Shown here: positions 19,830 to 30,514 of the stretch, piece by piece
Position numbering within the stretch: position 1 is the first letter of the stretch
How the letters are laid out: each line of letters opens with the position of its first letter
From: Candidatus Micrarchaeota archaeon
GTDB lineage: Archaea; Micrarchaeota; Micrarchaeia; Micrarchaeales; Micrarchaeaceae
Assembly: GCA_021785805.1 (NCBI GenBank)
Contig: JAJYEJ010000001.1
Location: forward strand, 1,940-65,939
Direction of reading: 5' to 3'
DNA: 64,000 nucleotides
Program-made: the position numbers and the translations under genes
Notes under the pieces: generated by a model
What the model was told of the DNA's origin: nothing
Seen by the model: the letters and a program-made list of their open reading frames with translations, nothing else
Databases searched by the model: none

Positions 19830-20613
19830 AGGGCTATTGAACTTTATCATGGCGTACTTCAAGCTTAACCTGCAGTCTGCGATGGAGTACCGTTTCAACT
19901 TCATCATATTGGCGTTTGGCATGTTCATAAATGATGTTGCCTGGATCGTCTTCTGGTGGATAATCTTCGCTAAGTTCAACACCATAAACGGATGGAACTT
20001 CGGCAACCTGCTCGCCATGTACTCTATCGTAACCATAGGGTTTGGAGCTGCGACATTCTTTGTAGGCAACTGGCAGCGCATCGCGGAGAACGTGATAAAA
20101 GGTAGGCTTGACTACTATATGGTGCTGCCAAAGCCGTTACTCATACATATGTTGATCAGCAGAAGCGACTTCTCAGGTATGGGAGACCTGCTCTTCGGCA
20201 TAGTGGTTGGGGCTTTCGCCTTCCTGGCAGGAGCTGTGTCTTCTGTCCCATTCTTCATACTGCTCACTGCGATGTCTACGCTCATACTGATAAGCTTTGG
20301 TATAATCATAGGATCGCTTTCGTTCTACTTCGGCGGCACTGGGGAATTTCAGGAGACAGCGCTCGGAAGTGTGATAGCGCTCTCTACTTATCCGTTCTCT
20401 GTCTTCGGTGGCTTCATTAGAATTATTCTGCTCACAGCAATACCCGTGGGTTTCATTACGGGAATTCCCGTGTTGCTGCTCCAGCAGTACAACGCTGCTT
20501 ATATGGGCTATATGATAGTGGCGACTCTGGCATCCGTGACGGTTGCATCACTTATGTTCTACGCTGGACTGAAACGCTATGAATCCGGGAACCTGATAAA
20601 CGCGCAGATATAG
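19819..20613 (+). CDS. ABC-2 family permease (DUF990-like)
   Basis: AMEYRFNF, INGWNF, GRLDYYMVLP, GLKRYESG. Confidence 0.88.
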   Translation: MGARGLLNFIMAYFKLNLQSAMEYRFNFIILAFGMFINDVAWIVFWWIIFAKFNTINGWNFGNLLAMYSIVTIGFGAATFFVGNWQRIAENVIKGRLDYYMVLPKPLLIHMLISRSDFSGMGDLLFGIVVGAFAFLAGAVSSVPFFILLTAMSTLILISFGIIIGSLSFYFGGTGEFQETALGSVIALSTYPFSVFGGFIRIILLTAIPVGFITGIPVLLLQQYNAAYMGYMIVATLASVTVASLMFYAGLKRYESGNLINAQI

Positions 20614-20753
20614 CGGGTAGTGGAACTTCTGTCGACATGGCAAACCTTTTTAACCTTGAAAGCGAATATCTAGCGTGATGATAATGCACTACGCCGAGCT
20701 TAACGCTGTGACGAAGATCTTGAGTGCTGATATACCAATGGAAAGGTAATCCG

Positions 20754-20963
20754 ATGAGGATTTCTTCGAAAATAGTAAAGAAAGCGATGCGTAGGCGCTC
20801 GGATGTAGCGATAAGCGAGAAGGCCGCCGCAGCGATAGCCAAGATCCTTGAGGAGAAGGCGAACTCCATAGCGATTTATGCTGTGAAACGCGCCAAGAAG
20901 AACGGCAGGAACACGGTCACCAAGGAGGATGTGGATAACTATAGATTGAAATTCGGCGGTTAG
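20754..20963 (+). CDS. Archaeal histone-fold protein
   Basis: 69 aa basic protein, ISEKAAAAI..AVKRAKKNGRNTVTKEDV (RxTxxxxD). Confidence 0.85.
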   Translation: MRISSKIVKKAMRRRSDVAISEKAAAAIAKILEEKANSIAIYAVKRAKKNGRNTVTKEDVDNYRLKFGG

Positions 20964-21536
20964 ATGTCGACAGGCAACCAAGTAAGCGCCACAGCCACAT
21001 GCACGATAGCGAAGGGACCAGGAGGCAGGATGAAACTGCACCATTATGATGACAAGGGTGGCAGGACAGTGCTATGGGAACCGATAAATGGAGCCGTAAT
21101 CGAGACGATATTCGATCTTGAGGGTGGTATATTGGTGCAGTCGCTCCTTAAGATAGAGGGCACTGGGATAGTGGAGAGGATTGGCTCTTACATGGAGAAC
21201 GCAGGTCTGAAGGAGCCCAAGGAGGCTGATTTCTCCGATGTGAAGCTCGACAAGAAGTGCCCGAAGTGTGGCAGCGCCGCGCTTGAAAGGAAGGCAGGCA
21301 AAGTCACTGACTACAATGAGGTGCCGGTCATGCCGATATATGACTGTGCGTCGTGCCAGTGGAGAAGTTACTACCTGACGGACACCTATCTGACATACCT
21401 TGTGCACAACCATAAGGAGCTTTTTGACAATGAGGAATCGACAATGCTGGCTGTAAACGAGGCGCAGTTCGTTAAAGACCTGAAAGAGTACATAATAAGA
21501 ATATTTGCATCCAAACGGATATTGTGTGTAAAGTGA
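20964..21536 (+). CDS. Hypothetical zinc-ribbon protein
   Basis: CPKC...CASC; starts immediately after the histone stop. Confidence 0.7.
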   Translation: MSTGNQVSATATCTIAKGPGGRMKLHHYDDKGGRTVLWEPINGAVIETIFDLEGGILVQSLLKIEGTGIVERIGSYMENAGLKEPKEADFSDVKLDKKCPKCGSAALERKAGKVTDYNEVPVMPIYDCASCQWRSYYLTDTYLTYLVHNHKELFDNEESTMLAVNEAQFVKDLKEYIIRIFASKRILCVK

Positions 21537-21562
21537 TTTATACATAGGCGAAAGGTGTTTTC

Positions 21563-21805
21563 ATGGCAATATTGGTATCAGAGCTGTATGGGAAGCAGAT
21601 AATAACGAATACTGGACAGAGGATTGGGATGGTAGAGGACGTCATACTTGATTTCGAAGGCGGGACTGTGGCGAACCTTTTGCTCAAGAAGATTGAGGAG
21701 CTCACCCGCGCACAGAATACAGGAGCGCTGCTCAGCAAGAACAGCGTGAAGTACGATAGGGTAAAGAGCGTATCCGAGACTATAATCGTAGGATCCGGAA
21801 AATAA
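21563..21805 (+). CDS. PRC-barrel domain protein (CdpB-like)
   Basis: SELYGKQIITNTGQRIGMVEDVILDFEGGTV...YDRVKSVSETIIV. Confidence 0.88.
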   Translation: MAILVSELYGKQIITNTGQRIGMVEDVILDFEGGTVANLLLKKIEELTRAQNTGALLSKNSVKYDRVKSVSETIIVGSGK

Positions 21806-21952
21806 GCGCTTCCCTCTTTTTTTACTCGAATAGGCACTCTGGAGCATAGGTGTACTTGTATTTCCCAGGTGTAAGGAGCACTCCGTATACCGAGCGGGGC
21901 TCGGATGCCAAGGTCACCAGTCTGCCAATTAAGTCTAAGCGCTGACAGTCAG

Positions 21953-22084
21953 TCAGCCAGTAGGCACTTCCTTAGACAGGTTCGGCCTTTGCTTTGTCAG
22001 CACCCTACTGCCGCAGTAGTTGCACCTGACGAAACCCTCTAACATCTTGAGCCTTTTTCCGCATTTCATGCATATGTACGCCAT
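21953..22084 (-). CDS. rpoP: RNA polymerase subunit P (Rpo12); missing from the ORF track
   Basis: Hand translation: MAYICMKCGKRLKMLEGFVRCNYCGSRVLTKQRPNLSKEVPTG*; near rpl37ae. Confidence 0.92.
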   Translation of the reverse strand: MAYICMKCGKRLKMLEGFVRCNYCGSRVLTKQRPNLSKEVPTG

Positions 22085-22101
22085 GATAGCACCTTTTCCT
22101 T

Positions 22102-22467
22102 CTACTTGCCCATCCTCGTCTCCTTCAGCCACTTCACGAAGTCCGTGTGCAACGAGGACCTGCTCGTGTTTATCACACGAATCTTCGCCTTGCCATTCAG
22201 ATGTTCATCGTTCAGTTCAAGCACAGGCTCGTAAGTGTCCAATTTCACATAGTGCACCTCAGCCCAGTGGATTATGCCGTTGAGATAGTCTTTCGTTATG
22301 TCCTTCGTCATCGGCATCGATGAGAAGCTGAACAGTATGCCATTACACCAGTACAGCGGTATGGTACCGGCTGGCATCACCCGTTCCCTGAGAAGGTCAT
22401 CCATATTCACATCCAGGCATTCGTGCACTATGAGTTCTCTTGTCGGGGAGAATATTACATCGGTCAT
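22102..22467 (-). CDS. Hypothetical protein between rpl37ae and rpoP
   Basis: 121 aa co-oriented ORF with RBS. Confidence 0.75.
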   Translation of the reverse strand: MTDVIFSPTRELIVHECLDVNMDDLLRERVMPAGTIPLYWCNGILFSFSSMPMTKDITKDYLNGIIHWAEVHYVKLDTYEPVLELNDEHLNGKAKIRVINTSRSSLHTDFVKWLKETRMGK

Positions 22468-22487
22468 TCTTTCACCATTACCTTGAC

Positions 22488-22739
22488 TTATTGACGCTTT
22501 GGCTTCCTTGTCATGTCTTCTATGAGCCTCTTCGCTACCTCACCTTCAGGTGTGCTCAACGTGAAGGCGCCTCCCGCATACGTGGCGTTGCAGTGCCTGC
22601 ATTGCCAGATACTGGTGCTTATTCTTTTCACGGCCATCTTGCCGCATGCTTCGCATCGGTATCTAGACTGCTTCTTCTTTTTGACCGCGTTGTATCTCTT
22701 CCTTATGCTTGCGCCGTATCTTATGCTAGCGTTAACCAT
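22488..22739 (-). CDS. rpl37ae: Ribosomal protein eL43 (L37Ae)
   Basis: RYGASIRKR, CEACG..VKRISTSIWQCRHC..AGGAF. Confidence 0.95.
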   Translation of the reverse strand: MVNASIRYGASIRKRYNAVKKKKQSRYRCEACGKMAVKRISTSIWQCRHCNATYAGGAFTLSTPEGEVAKRLIEDMTRKPKRQ

Positions 22740-22749
22740 ACATAGCACC

Positions 22750-23538
22750 TTATTGCTCGCTTACCTGACTCACATATTTGTTTAGTTCGTTGAACTTCTC
22801 GGTAGATATACCGACAAGCTCGTCGATCTCATGCATGGACAGGTTGCCTCCGATGCCTTTCTGCATCGCCCTCACCAGCTTCCCGTCATTTGTGATGGTG
22901 AGTCTCGTGTCTGCGGTGTTCTCCTCATGGATGTCCATGTCGAGTACCAAGGCATTGCCTATCTTTCCGAATGTGGTTGACAGTGCCACATTGTCTATCT
23001 TTAACTTATCTTTCCTCTCACTATATATTGCTTTGCCATTCTCCTCCTTAGGCACCTTCGTGGTCTTTAGCGCACACATAGCAGCCAATGCGCTAGCATC
23101 GAATAGGTTCCCATCGTAGTTCAGCACATATAGATCGATGAACACTGTCCATGCCTTCTCTGCGTCTATCGAAAGGCTGCTCAGGTCTATGGCTTTTGCA
23201 GCCCTTATTCCCCTGTCGACCACCCTTGCGAGCTCTATAGACTCCGGGCTTGGAGGCCCGGTCTCGAACTCGGCGTGTGCCAATGGGAGAAGCTCTGCAG
23301 AGACCATCAGGTTACCTTGGTCAGGGGTATCCTCCATGGGCTCTTCGACCTGCATCTTGATTCCGACAAGCACACGTGTGGATCCGAGATCGACCTGCGC
23401 CGAACCTTCCGCATTCTCCACAAATCCCGCCTTTACGCTTACAGGTCTGAAATCAAACATTCCTCTTGAGTCTTCCCTGGAGCCTTTTGCAAGAAGCTCC
23501 CTGATGTATGCGCTCTTCAATGAATCTATTGCGTCCAT
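22750..23538 (-). CDS. rrp42: Exosome subunit Rrp42
   Basis: AEGSAQVDLG, FETGPP..IELARVVDRGIR, LNYDGNLFDA. Confidence 0.95.
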   Translation of the reverse strand: MDAIDSLKSAYIRELLAKGSREDSRGMFDFRPVSVKAGFVENAEGSAQVDLGSTRVLVGIKMQVEEPMEDTPDQGNLMVSAELLPLAHAEFETGPPSPESIELARVVDRGIRAAKAIDLSSLSIDAEKAWTVFIDLYVLNYDGNLFDASALAAMCALKTTKVPKEENGKAIYSERKDKLKIDNVALSTTFGKIGNALVLDMDIHEENTADTRLTITNDGKLVRAMQKGIGGNLSMHEIDELVGISTEKFNELNKYVSQVSEQ

Positions 23539-23539
23539 A

Positions 23540-24286
23540 TTAAACACCGTTGTATTTCTCCTCTGCATTTTTGTAGGTCTCCTTAAGTGCAGCCTTCTGT
23601 ATCTCGGATATTGCCTTGCCTGATTCTTTCGCCATCTCCATGGCACGCTTGACCTCCTCTCTCGTCATCTCGCCATCCATTTGCAGCAAGAGTACGTTGT
23701 TGTTCCTTGGGGATATTGCCATTGGCATATCGCTGTCGGAGTAGTTGTCCTCTATCATGTTCATGTCCAATACGAGTTCCGTGCCTATCTTTCCGACCGA
23801 TACGGCATATATTATGTCCTTCATGTGTATCCCCGCGTTAGCCAGAGCCACTGCAGCTGCAGTTATGCCGGCAGCCCTCGTGCCACCGTCGCCCTGCAAG
23901 ACCTCTATAAATACGTCTATCTCGCTGCCGGGGTATTCTGTTAGCAGCACCGTGTCCTCGAATGCTTCCCTTGTGACCTTGGATATCTCCGTGGCCCTTC
24001 TGTTCGGACCTGACCTGCCATGTCCCTCCAGTGAGGAGAATGGCGCCATTGCGTACCTGCACTTTATTATCGCCCTTGATGCCTCCGTCATGTGCTTTGG
24101 AAGCACCTCCTTAGGTCCGTATACTGCGGCGAGTATCTTGTTGTTGCCCCACTCCAGGTAGGCTGAGCCGTCTGCGTTCTTCAGAACCGCCGACTCTATC
24201 TTGAGCGGTCTTAGTTCGTTGAAACCTCTTCCGTCAAGCCTCTTGCCTTTTACTATGAGCTCGGGTTTATTGGCTTTTGATCCCAT
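23540..24286 (-). CDS. rrp41: Exosome subunit Rrp41
   Basis: RLDGRGFNELRP, ADGSAYLEWG, LQGDGGTR. Confidence 0.96.
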   Translation of the reverse strand: MGSKANKPELIVKGKRLDGRGFNELRPLKIESAVLKNADGSAYLEWGNNKILAAVYGPKEVLPKHMTEASRAIIKCRYAMAPFSSLEGHGRSGPNRRATEISKVTREAFEDTVLLTEYPGSEIDVFIEVLQGDGGTRAAGITAAAVALANAGIHMKDIIYAVSVGKIGTELVLDMNMIEDNYSDSDMPMAISPRNNNVLLLQMDGEMTREEVKRAMEMAKESGKAISEIQKAALKETYKNAEEKYNGV

Positions 24287-24314
24287 TGCATCACTTTTTC
24301 TACATTATTCTACA

Positions 24315-24992
24315 TTACATTTCTCGATTTATTCCTCGATTATGGTCAGCTGCAGCTGGAGCAGGGCTCTTCCGCCTCGCGCTGCCCTCTTCAAGCATCT
24401 TCTTTATCCTCTCGGTGAGCCCGCTGGTGTGTGCCTCATTCTCTATCTTCCTTATCGCGAGCGTCGCAAGCGCGATATCGCCTCCCCGCATCCACACCAT
24501 GCCGTTCTTACCCACTATTATGTATGTGCCGGTAAGGTCAGCTATCTGCCTTATCATTGTGTCGTTCCTTCCGACTATCCTCGGCACCTTTATGGGTTTT
24601 ATCGATATGAACGTGCCACCGTTCAGCACCTTCGGGTAAGCAAGTATTATCGTGTTCGAGTCCTCTATGTCCTTGACCCTTGCTTCTATCATGTCCCCTT
24701 CCTTCATCGGCTCCATTCTCCCTTCGAACCTGTCCATGCTTCCGATAAGTATGGCCCTTCCGAAGTACGACAGGTCTACTATGTACACCTTGCCCTTCGA
24801 CTCGGTGACTATGCCTATGACGGTGTCACCTATCCTTGGTCGCCATGACCCCTCCAATGGGACCAGTACGCCCTTTTCCTTTTCCAGTATTCCAAGTATC
24901 TTAGAATAGGTCTTGCCATTTTCTACGAACGCGTTCTCCATCCTTATGGGCTTATCGTATATCATATCGCCCGGAACGACTATATCTTTCAT
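24315..24992 (-). CDS. rrp4: Exosome RNA-binding subunit Rrp4
   Basis: IVVPGD, PRIGDTVIG (S1), VPRIVG..IVGKNGMVW (KH), EAHTSGLT. Confidence 0.93.
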   Translation of the reverse strand: MKDIVVPGDMIYDKPIRMENAFVENGKTYSKILGILEKEKGVLVPLEGSWRPRIGDTVIGIVTESKGKVYIVDLSYFGRAILIGSMDRFEGRMEPMKEGDMIEARVKDIEDSNTIILAYPKVLNGGTFISIKPIKVPRIVGRNDTMIRQIADLTGTYIIVGKNGMVWMRGGDIALATLAIRKIENEAHTSGLTERIKKMLEEGSARRKSPAPAAADHNRGINREM

Positions 24993-25049
24993 TCTATCAC
25001 TTCACTTTTTCAACGTAATTGATTGATTGCTGCTGTTTATCCTTTTACT

Positions 25050-25730
25050 TTACATTATCTTGATTATCACTCTTCCCTGAGTGGCCTTGTTTATCTTGTC
25101 GAAGAATTCGCTCTGCATTCCAGCTGGGAATTCCAGGGACGCTTGCAGGCTCCCGTTCGAAAGCCATTCCTCCGATTTCAATCCGTACTGTTTAAGTATG
25201 CCGTAACACCTGTTTGCCATATCGGCAGGTATAGTCGCTTGTATCTTCGCTGTTGTGAATTTCAACGGGAGTATTGGCGACAGCTTCTTCACTATCTGCT
25301 CTATCTGCTCGTTGACATTCTTGAATGGATCTATGGACGCCTTTGCCTCCCTCATGGCGTTTTCTATCCTGAGCGGAGGGTTTGGCGCGTTGGTCCTAGG
25401 GTCAATAGAGTTCCTTGCGATTATATCTATGATCTGCTTCCTTTTCTCCTCGACCATCTTCGCTCTTTGCTCGGTGGTTATCGGGACATCTCCTTTCTTG
25501 AGTATCGTATCGGCTATCTTCTCTATCTCAAGCGTTCCGAACGCCTTCTTTAGCTTGTCCTCGCTCTGGCGCTCCCCTTTCCTTGCGTCCTTGAATACCT
25601 CTTCAGTCTCCAGGACAGAAAGGACGTCGTTTCGCTTGCCTGTGACGTATTCGTATGCACGATCCGCGTCGACAAGTATCTCGAATTCGTCTCCCGTGTG
25701 GCTGTATTTTACTATGACCTGTTTTGACAT
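25050..25730 (-). CDS. sdo1: Ribosome maturation factor SBDS/Sdo1
   Basis: [29 protein letters not shown]. Confidence 0.95.
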   Translation of the reverse strand: MSKQVIVKYSHTGDEFEILVDADRAYEYVTGKRNDVLSVLETEEVFKDARKGERQSEDKLKKAFGTLEIEKIADTILKKGDVPITTEQRAKMVEEKRKQIIDIIARNSIDPRTNAPNPPLRIENAMREAKASIDPFKNVNEQIEQIVKKLSPILPLKFTTAKIQATIPADMANRCYGILKQYGLKSEEWLSNGSLQASLEFPAGMQSEFFDKINKATQGRVIIKIM

Positions 25731-25753
25731 CTGATCACGAGTACTGCACTGAA

Positions 25754-26449
25754 TCAAAGGTACTCTCCTATCATCTCAGGGGTGAACATGACATATCCGT
25801 CCTTCTTGGTTATCCTGGCTATGTCTATGCTTGATGCCGTTAGCTTTCCTTCAGCTACCTTCTTCACCACGCTGATTCCAAGCTTTACCGCTTCGTCCAT
25901 GCTCATGTCATCCTTGTACTCCTTGACAAGTATCTCCTCCGCTGTTTTCTTTCCAGATCCTATTGCGTCCGCTTTATATCCCAGGAACGACGCACCGGCG
26001 TCGATTTCGAAGAGCTGTGGCTCCCTGCCATATCCGGCTACGAGAAGCGATATTGCGTATGGCCTTACGCCGCCGTACTGTGTCGCTATCTGCATCTCAT
26101 CGGCTATCTCTCTCGAGATGGTCTCGATGGATTCCGTTTCGTCGTATATCATCCTGTGCGACTGTGTCCTGTGCCGCATTATGTTTATTATGTGAAGACC
26201 GTCAGATACCAGGCCGCTGTATGTGGCACCGACGAACGAGTCTACTCTGAATATCTTCTGTACCGTGCTAGGTATGGCCAACGGCTCCGATATGTTCTTA
26301 TGGGCGAGAAGGACGACACCGCCATCTGCGACTAGCCCTACGGATGTGGCTCCCTTTCGCACAGCCTCCCTTGCGTAGTCCACCTGGAACAGCCTCCCGT
26401 CAGGGCTGAACATCACTCCCCTATCGTACGCTTGTATATTTGGGTACAT
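25754..26449 (-). CDS. psmA: Proteasome subunit alpha
   Basis: [28 protein letters not shown]. Confidence 0.96.
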   Translation of the reverse strand: MYPNIQAYDRGVMFSPDGRLFQVDYAREAVRKGATSVGLVADGGVVLLAHKNISEPLAIPSTVQKIFRVDSFVGATYSGLVSDGLHIINIMRHRTQSHRMIYDETESIETISREIADEMQIATQYGGVRPYAISLLVAGYGREPQLFEIDAGASFLGYKADAIGSGKKTAEEILVKEYKDDMSMDEAVKLGISVVKKVAEGKLTASSIDIARITKKDGYVMFTPEMIGEYL

Positions 26450-26485
26450 ACCTATTCACCGATTCAACATGATGGCTTGATGCGC

Positions 26486-27061
26486 TTATGCGGCGTTTGC
26501 CAGTTCCAGCTTCCTTACCTCCACCTTGTTCAGATCAGCTATGTGCTTTATCTTCGTGGTGAGGTCTGCCTGGAACTTGCCCTCTATTATTGCGCTTATG
26601 GCGGCATTTGCCTCATTTTCCTTGAAATATAATCTCGTGAAGTCCTCTGCTTCCTTTCTTATTCCTACGATCTTGGTGTGTGCGGTCCTTCCCCTTGTGA
26701 CCACTATCACCTTTACGACCGCTCTTATGCCGTCCTTCGACGCCACAGGCACCACTACCGAGGATACGCTCCTGTACTTCCTTACGAACGATCTTATGTA
26801 GCTCGGCACCTGCTCTATGCCGATGAGCTTCGTCTTGGCGGATTCGCCATTGACTTCGGTTATCTTCAATACGGCATTCGTATAGGCATGGGATGGGTTG
26901 TGCGTCAGCGAGTCGAGGCTGACCACGACGTTCCTCCCTATCGCCGCTTTTTCATCGTTAGCCGGCATCTCCCCTATGATCGCCTCATTGAATATGCGAG
27001 GCGCCAGGATGGAGAACCATCTCTTCAGCTTCCATTTGTCAATTCCTTTCTGTACTGCCAT
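26486..27061 (-). CDS. rps3ae: Ribosomal protein eS1 (S3Ae)
   Basis: DKWKLKRWFSILAP, YIRSFVRK, VEVRKLE. Confidence 0.93.
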   Translation of the reverse strand: MAVQKGIDKWKLKRWFSILAPRIFNEAIIGEMPANDEKAAIGRNVVVSLDSLTHNPSHAYTNAVLKITEVNGESAKTKLIGIEQVPSYIRSFVRKYRSVSSVVVPVASKDGIRAVVKVIVVTRGRTAHTKIVGIRKEAEDFTRLYFKENEANAAISAIIEGKFQADLTTKIKHIADLNKVEVRKLELANAA

Positions 27062-27097
27062 GGTTTCACTCTTGCTTTAGTATAATCACATTGTTGG

Positions 27098-27568
27098 TCA
27101 CTGCTTGCCCTTTATCAACAGGGCTGCAGTCTCTGGGTCGTATCTCCATGATTGCGGAAGAACGCCCTCCCTCATGTAGTACTTGGCCAGCCTCCATATC
27201 TTGGACTCTATGCGGCGCAGGCGTATGGTGTTATAGGTATCCTTATTGTTCTTGCCGAGATGTATCCTCATCTTTACCGCTGTTTTCATCAGGTCCAGGA
27301 TATCTGAAGGCATGCTCCCCTCGAGACCTTTCTGCTTAAGGAACTCGGAAAGCCTTATCCCAAGGTACTGCCTAATGTATGGGACGTTGTGTTCCCTCTT
27401 CATCCTTTCGCCTATTAGGGCCGGACTCATGCCCTGCTTAGCATAACCTGTTATCAGCTCCTCGATCTGCTCCTTCGTAACGGTAGCGGTGCTAGGTATC
27501 GTGCCTATCTCCACTACAGGCTTCCTCGATTTTGATTTCCCGTGCTTCTTCGTATGCATTCTTGCCAT
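27098..27568 (-). CDS. rps15: Ribosomal protein uS15
   Basis: MARMHTKKHGKSKS, IESKIWRLAKYY, WRYDP. Confidence 0.95.
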   Translation of the reverse strand: MARMHTKKHGKSKSRKPVVEIGTIPSTATVTKEQIEELITGYAKQGMSPALIGERMKREHNVPYIRQYLGIRLSEFLKQKGLEGSMPSDILDLMKTAVKMRIHLGKNNKDTYNTIRLRRIESKIWRLAKYYMREGVLPQSWRYDPETAALLIKGKQ

Positions 27569-27668
27569 TATAACACTCTGTTGATGATTTCCGTCAAATG
27601 TCAGGTTAATGATCATTCTTGATGCCAACATTCACGTAGTTGGACCAGGAGAACAAAGCACATGTGCC

Positions 27669-30107
27669 TCATGCCTTTATGTTGACAGAGAAGTCCTTCG
27701 CTTCCTTCACCTCTATCGCAGACGATTTACATATCTGCCTTATTTCGTCCTTCGCCGATAGGGTTACAGTATAGTATTCTTTAGGAACATTTATATTAAT
27801 TGATGTTATCTGCGCGTTGAGTGCGAGCTTGGCCTGCGACTTCAGTTTCCTGACCTCCGCTATCACCACGTTGAGGAAAGTGCCTGCACTCTCGAAGTCT
27901 ACGTCCACGATAGCACTCTTGAACACCATGCCGTTTATCACGTAGCTGGATTTCGTAGCCTTCTCCGTGAAAGCTGGAAACTCCTCCTCGAAGATGCTCT
28001 TCTTGCTGAATGCCGAGTTTATCTCCTCGCAAAGGAATGGCGCGACCGGAGCCAACAGCCTGAGAGATGTGAGCAGCACATGCTTGAGCGTGAAGAGCGC
28101 GGCCTCCTTGCTCCGCTCCATGTCCTTCTCCTCTGAATATACCCTGTGCTTTACGTTCTCTATGTAATAGTCGGCGAACTCGTGCCAGTAGAATGATATC
28201 GCCTTGGACATCGCGTCGTAGAGCACGAACCTGTCGTATGCCTCTCCAACCTCCCTTATGGTCTCGTTTAGCCTGTTGAGTATCCATACGTCGAACACCG
28301 CCAGGTCGCCATGAGGCTCCTCTTTAGGCACCTTGCCCTTCGACAGGGCAGTGTTGACGAAGTTAGCCGTATTGAACAGCTTCGTCAGGAAGCTCTTCGC
28401 ATAGTCCATCTCGGCATATGAGAACGGGCGATCCTTGCCTATTGCGCCGCTGAGCGCAACCCAGAGCCTTATCGCGTCTGCAGGGTACTTGGTTATAAGC
28501 TCGGCAGGGTATACGCCGTTGCCCATGCTCTTGTGCATCTCCTTGCCATCCGTGCCAAGCACCATCCCATGGGCAAGAATCTTCTCCCATGGTTTGTCAC
28601 CGGTAAGCGCCATTGTCCTGTAGATAGTGTAGAATGCCCATGTCCTTATTATGTCAGTTCCCTGTATCCTCATGGCGCTCGGGAATGCGCGTTCGAACAA
28701 CTTTTTATCATCCGGCCATCCGGCTATGACCATCGAGGTTATCGATGTGTCTATCCAACCGTCAAGCGTTTCTTTCGTTCCGACAATCTGCCCACCGCAC
28801 TTCGGGCACTCGCTAATATATGGCTTCTTTGATGTCGGGTCTAGAGGAAGGTCCTCCTTCTTCGGAGGCACTATGTGGCTGCACTTCTCGCAATACCAGA
28901 ACGGCATCGGCGTCCCGAATACCCTGTTGCGCGTTATCGCCCAATCCCACTCTATGAAGTTAGCCCAGTCCTCCAACCTCTGTCTGGTGTGCTCAGGTAT
29001 CCACCCTACAGCCTTTGCGGTCTCCTTGATCCGCTCTGCGCTGTCCTTTATCTTCAGGAACCACTGAGAGTTCGATATCAGTTCGATCGGAGTCTGGCAG
29101 CGGTCATGGACCTTTACGATGTGCTTTATGTTCTCCTTCTTCACCAGAGCTCCGGCGCCGGTCAGTGCGCCGATTATCGCCTCTCTGGCCTTCTTCACAT
29201 GAGTCCCGTCGAACTTGCCGGCGTTTGTCAGCAGCCCGTTGATGTTCATGGCGGGCACTAGCTTGAGCTTATGCTTGTAGTACATATTGATATCGCGCTT
29301 ATCTCCGAACGTGCATACCATCTCCGCTCCTGTGCCGAACTCTATATCGACAGCCTCATCCCCTATGATCATGACCTCGTTCCCGAAGACAGGCACCTCT
29401 ATGCTGCTCCCTATGAGCTTCGAGTACCTCTTGTCAGACGGGTTCACTGCCACGGCAACGGCGGCATGCATAAGCTCCGGCCTTGTAGTCGCTATCGTCA
29501 GGCTCTTCTGGTCTTTGTCCTTTAGCCTGAAATTAACGTAATATAGGACAGTCTCCTTCTCCCTCTCCTCTGCCTGTTCCCTGGATATCGCACTGGAGCA
29601 ATAGACGCACCATTCTATCGGGTGCTCCGCCCTATACAGCATGCCCTTCTCGTACATCATAAGCACAGACAGTTGCACCTTCCTTACATATTCCTTGTCC
29701 GTTGTCCTATACTCCAGGCTCTCGTCGAATGAAGCGCCTAGCTTTAACATCCATTCTTTCATGTCGTTCTTGTTAGTTTCCGATACCTCAACGCACTTGT
29801 TGTAGAACTCCTCCCTGCTGAGCTTCTTGCCGTATTTCTTCTCGGTCTCTATCTCCGTAGGGAAGCCGTGCTCGTCCCAACCCACAGGGTATAACACGTT
29901 GAATCCCCTGGCCCGCTTGTACCTTGCAATTGTGTCTACGTAGCATGTCCAGAATGCATGACCCATATGAAGACCGCCGGTAGTATTAGGCGGTGGCGTA
30001 TCGATCACGAATAGGGCCCTCTTGTCATCCTTCCTGTCGAATGCATGGAGCTTGCGCTGCTTCCATAAGTCTCTCCACTTTCCAGGGTTTTCGCTGTACA
30101 TAAACAC
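27669..30107 (-). CDS. valS: Valine--tRNA ligase
   Basis: IDTPPP..LHMGH, ATTRPE, GTGAEMVCTFGD, EMHKSMGN. Confidence 0.96.
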   Translation of the reverse strand: MFMYSENPGKWRDLWKQRKLHAFDRKDDKRALFVIDTPPPNTTGGLHMGHAFWTCYVDTIARYKRARGFNVLYPVGWDEHGFPTEIETEKKYGKKLSREEFYNKCVEVSETNKNDMKEWMLKLGASFDESLEYRTTDKEYVRKVQLSVLMMYEKGMLYRAEHPIEWCVYCSSAISREQAEEREKETVLYYVNFRLKDKDQKSLTIATTRPELMHAAVAVAVNPSDKRYSKLIGSSIEVPVFGNEVMIIGDEAVDIEFGTGAEMVCTFGDKRDINMYYKHKLKLVPAMNINGLLTNAGKFDGTHVKKAREAIIGALTGAGALVKKENIKHIVKVHDRCQTPIELISNSQWFLKIKDSAERIKETAKAVGWIPEHTRQRLEDWANFIEWDWAITRNRVFGTPMPFWYCEKCSHIVPPKKEDLPLDPTSKKPYISECPKCGGQIVGTKETLDGWIDTSITSMVIAGWPDDKKLFERAFPSAMRIQGTDIIRTWAFYTIYRTMALTGDKPWEKILAHGMVLGTDGKEMHKSMGNGVYPAELITKYPADAIRLWVALSGAIGKDRPFSYAEMDYAKSFLTKLFNTANFVNTALSKGKVPKEEPHGDLAVFDVWILNRLNETIREVGEAYDRFVLYDAMSKAISFYWHEFADYYIENVKHRVYSEEKDMERSKEAALFTLKHVLLTSLRLLAPVAPFLCEEINSAFSKKSIFEEEFPAFTEKATKSSYVINGMVFKSAIVDVDFESAGTFLNVVIAEVRKLKSQAKLALNAQITSININVPKEYYTVTLSAKDEIRQICKSSAIEVKEAKDFSVNIKA

Positions 30108-30202
30108 ACATCGCCCCTAGGCGTGCGCTCAAGTATGGCACTAGAAGAATAATAAAAAGATTCAAATTGGCTAAGCCAGCGCCATAGCTAAAGGTTAGCT
30201 AT

Positions 30203-30514
30203 TCAATTTATTATCTCCCCGAGAGCGAATCTTGCCTTCACTTCGGTTATTCGCACCTTGATGGTGTCTCCGGCACGTGCGCCCTTTACGAAGATGACAA
30301 AACCATCCTTCTTGGCTATGCCATCACCCTTGGAGCCTGCTGCCTCGACCTTTACCTCCACCTCATCGCCCACTTTCACAGGCTTCGGAAGGAAATAGTT
30401 TGGCTTTATATGCATGCCCCCTCTTCTGCCACCTTGCCTTTCACCGTGGCCTTCACCTTCCTCTTCTGAGCCCTCAGCTCTTCCTTCCATCTCTCCTTGT
30501 TCTTCGTCAGACAT
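30203..30514 (-). CDS. TRAM-domain RNA-binding protein
   Basis: PVKVGDEVEV..GSKGDGIAKKDGFVIFVKGA. Confidence 0.92.
   Translation of the reverse strand: MSDEEQGEMEGRAEGSEEEGEGHGERQGGRRGGMHIKPNYFLPKPVKVGDEVEVKVEAAGSKGDGIAKKDGFVIFVKGARAGDTIKVRITEVKARFALGEIIN

Noticed and set aside
23539..23646. N-terminal extension of Rrp42
   Set aside because: Overlaps the rrp41 3' end; ATG 23538 right after the rrp41 stop is the better start
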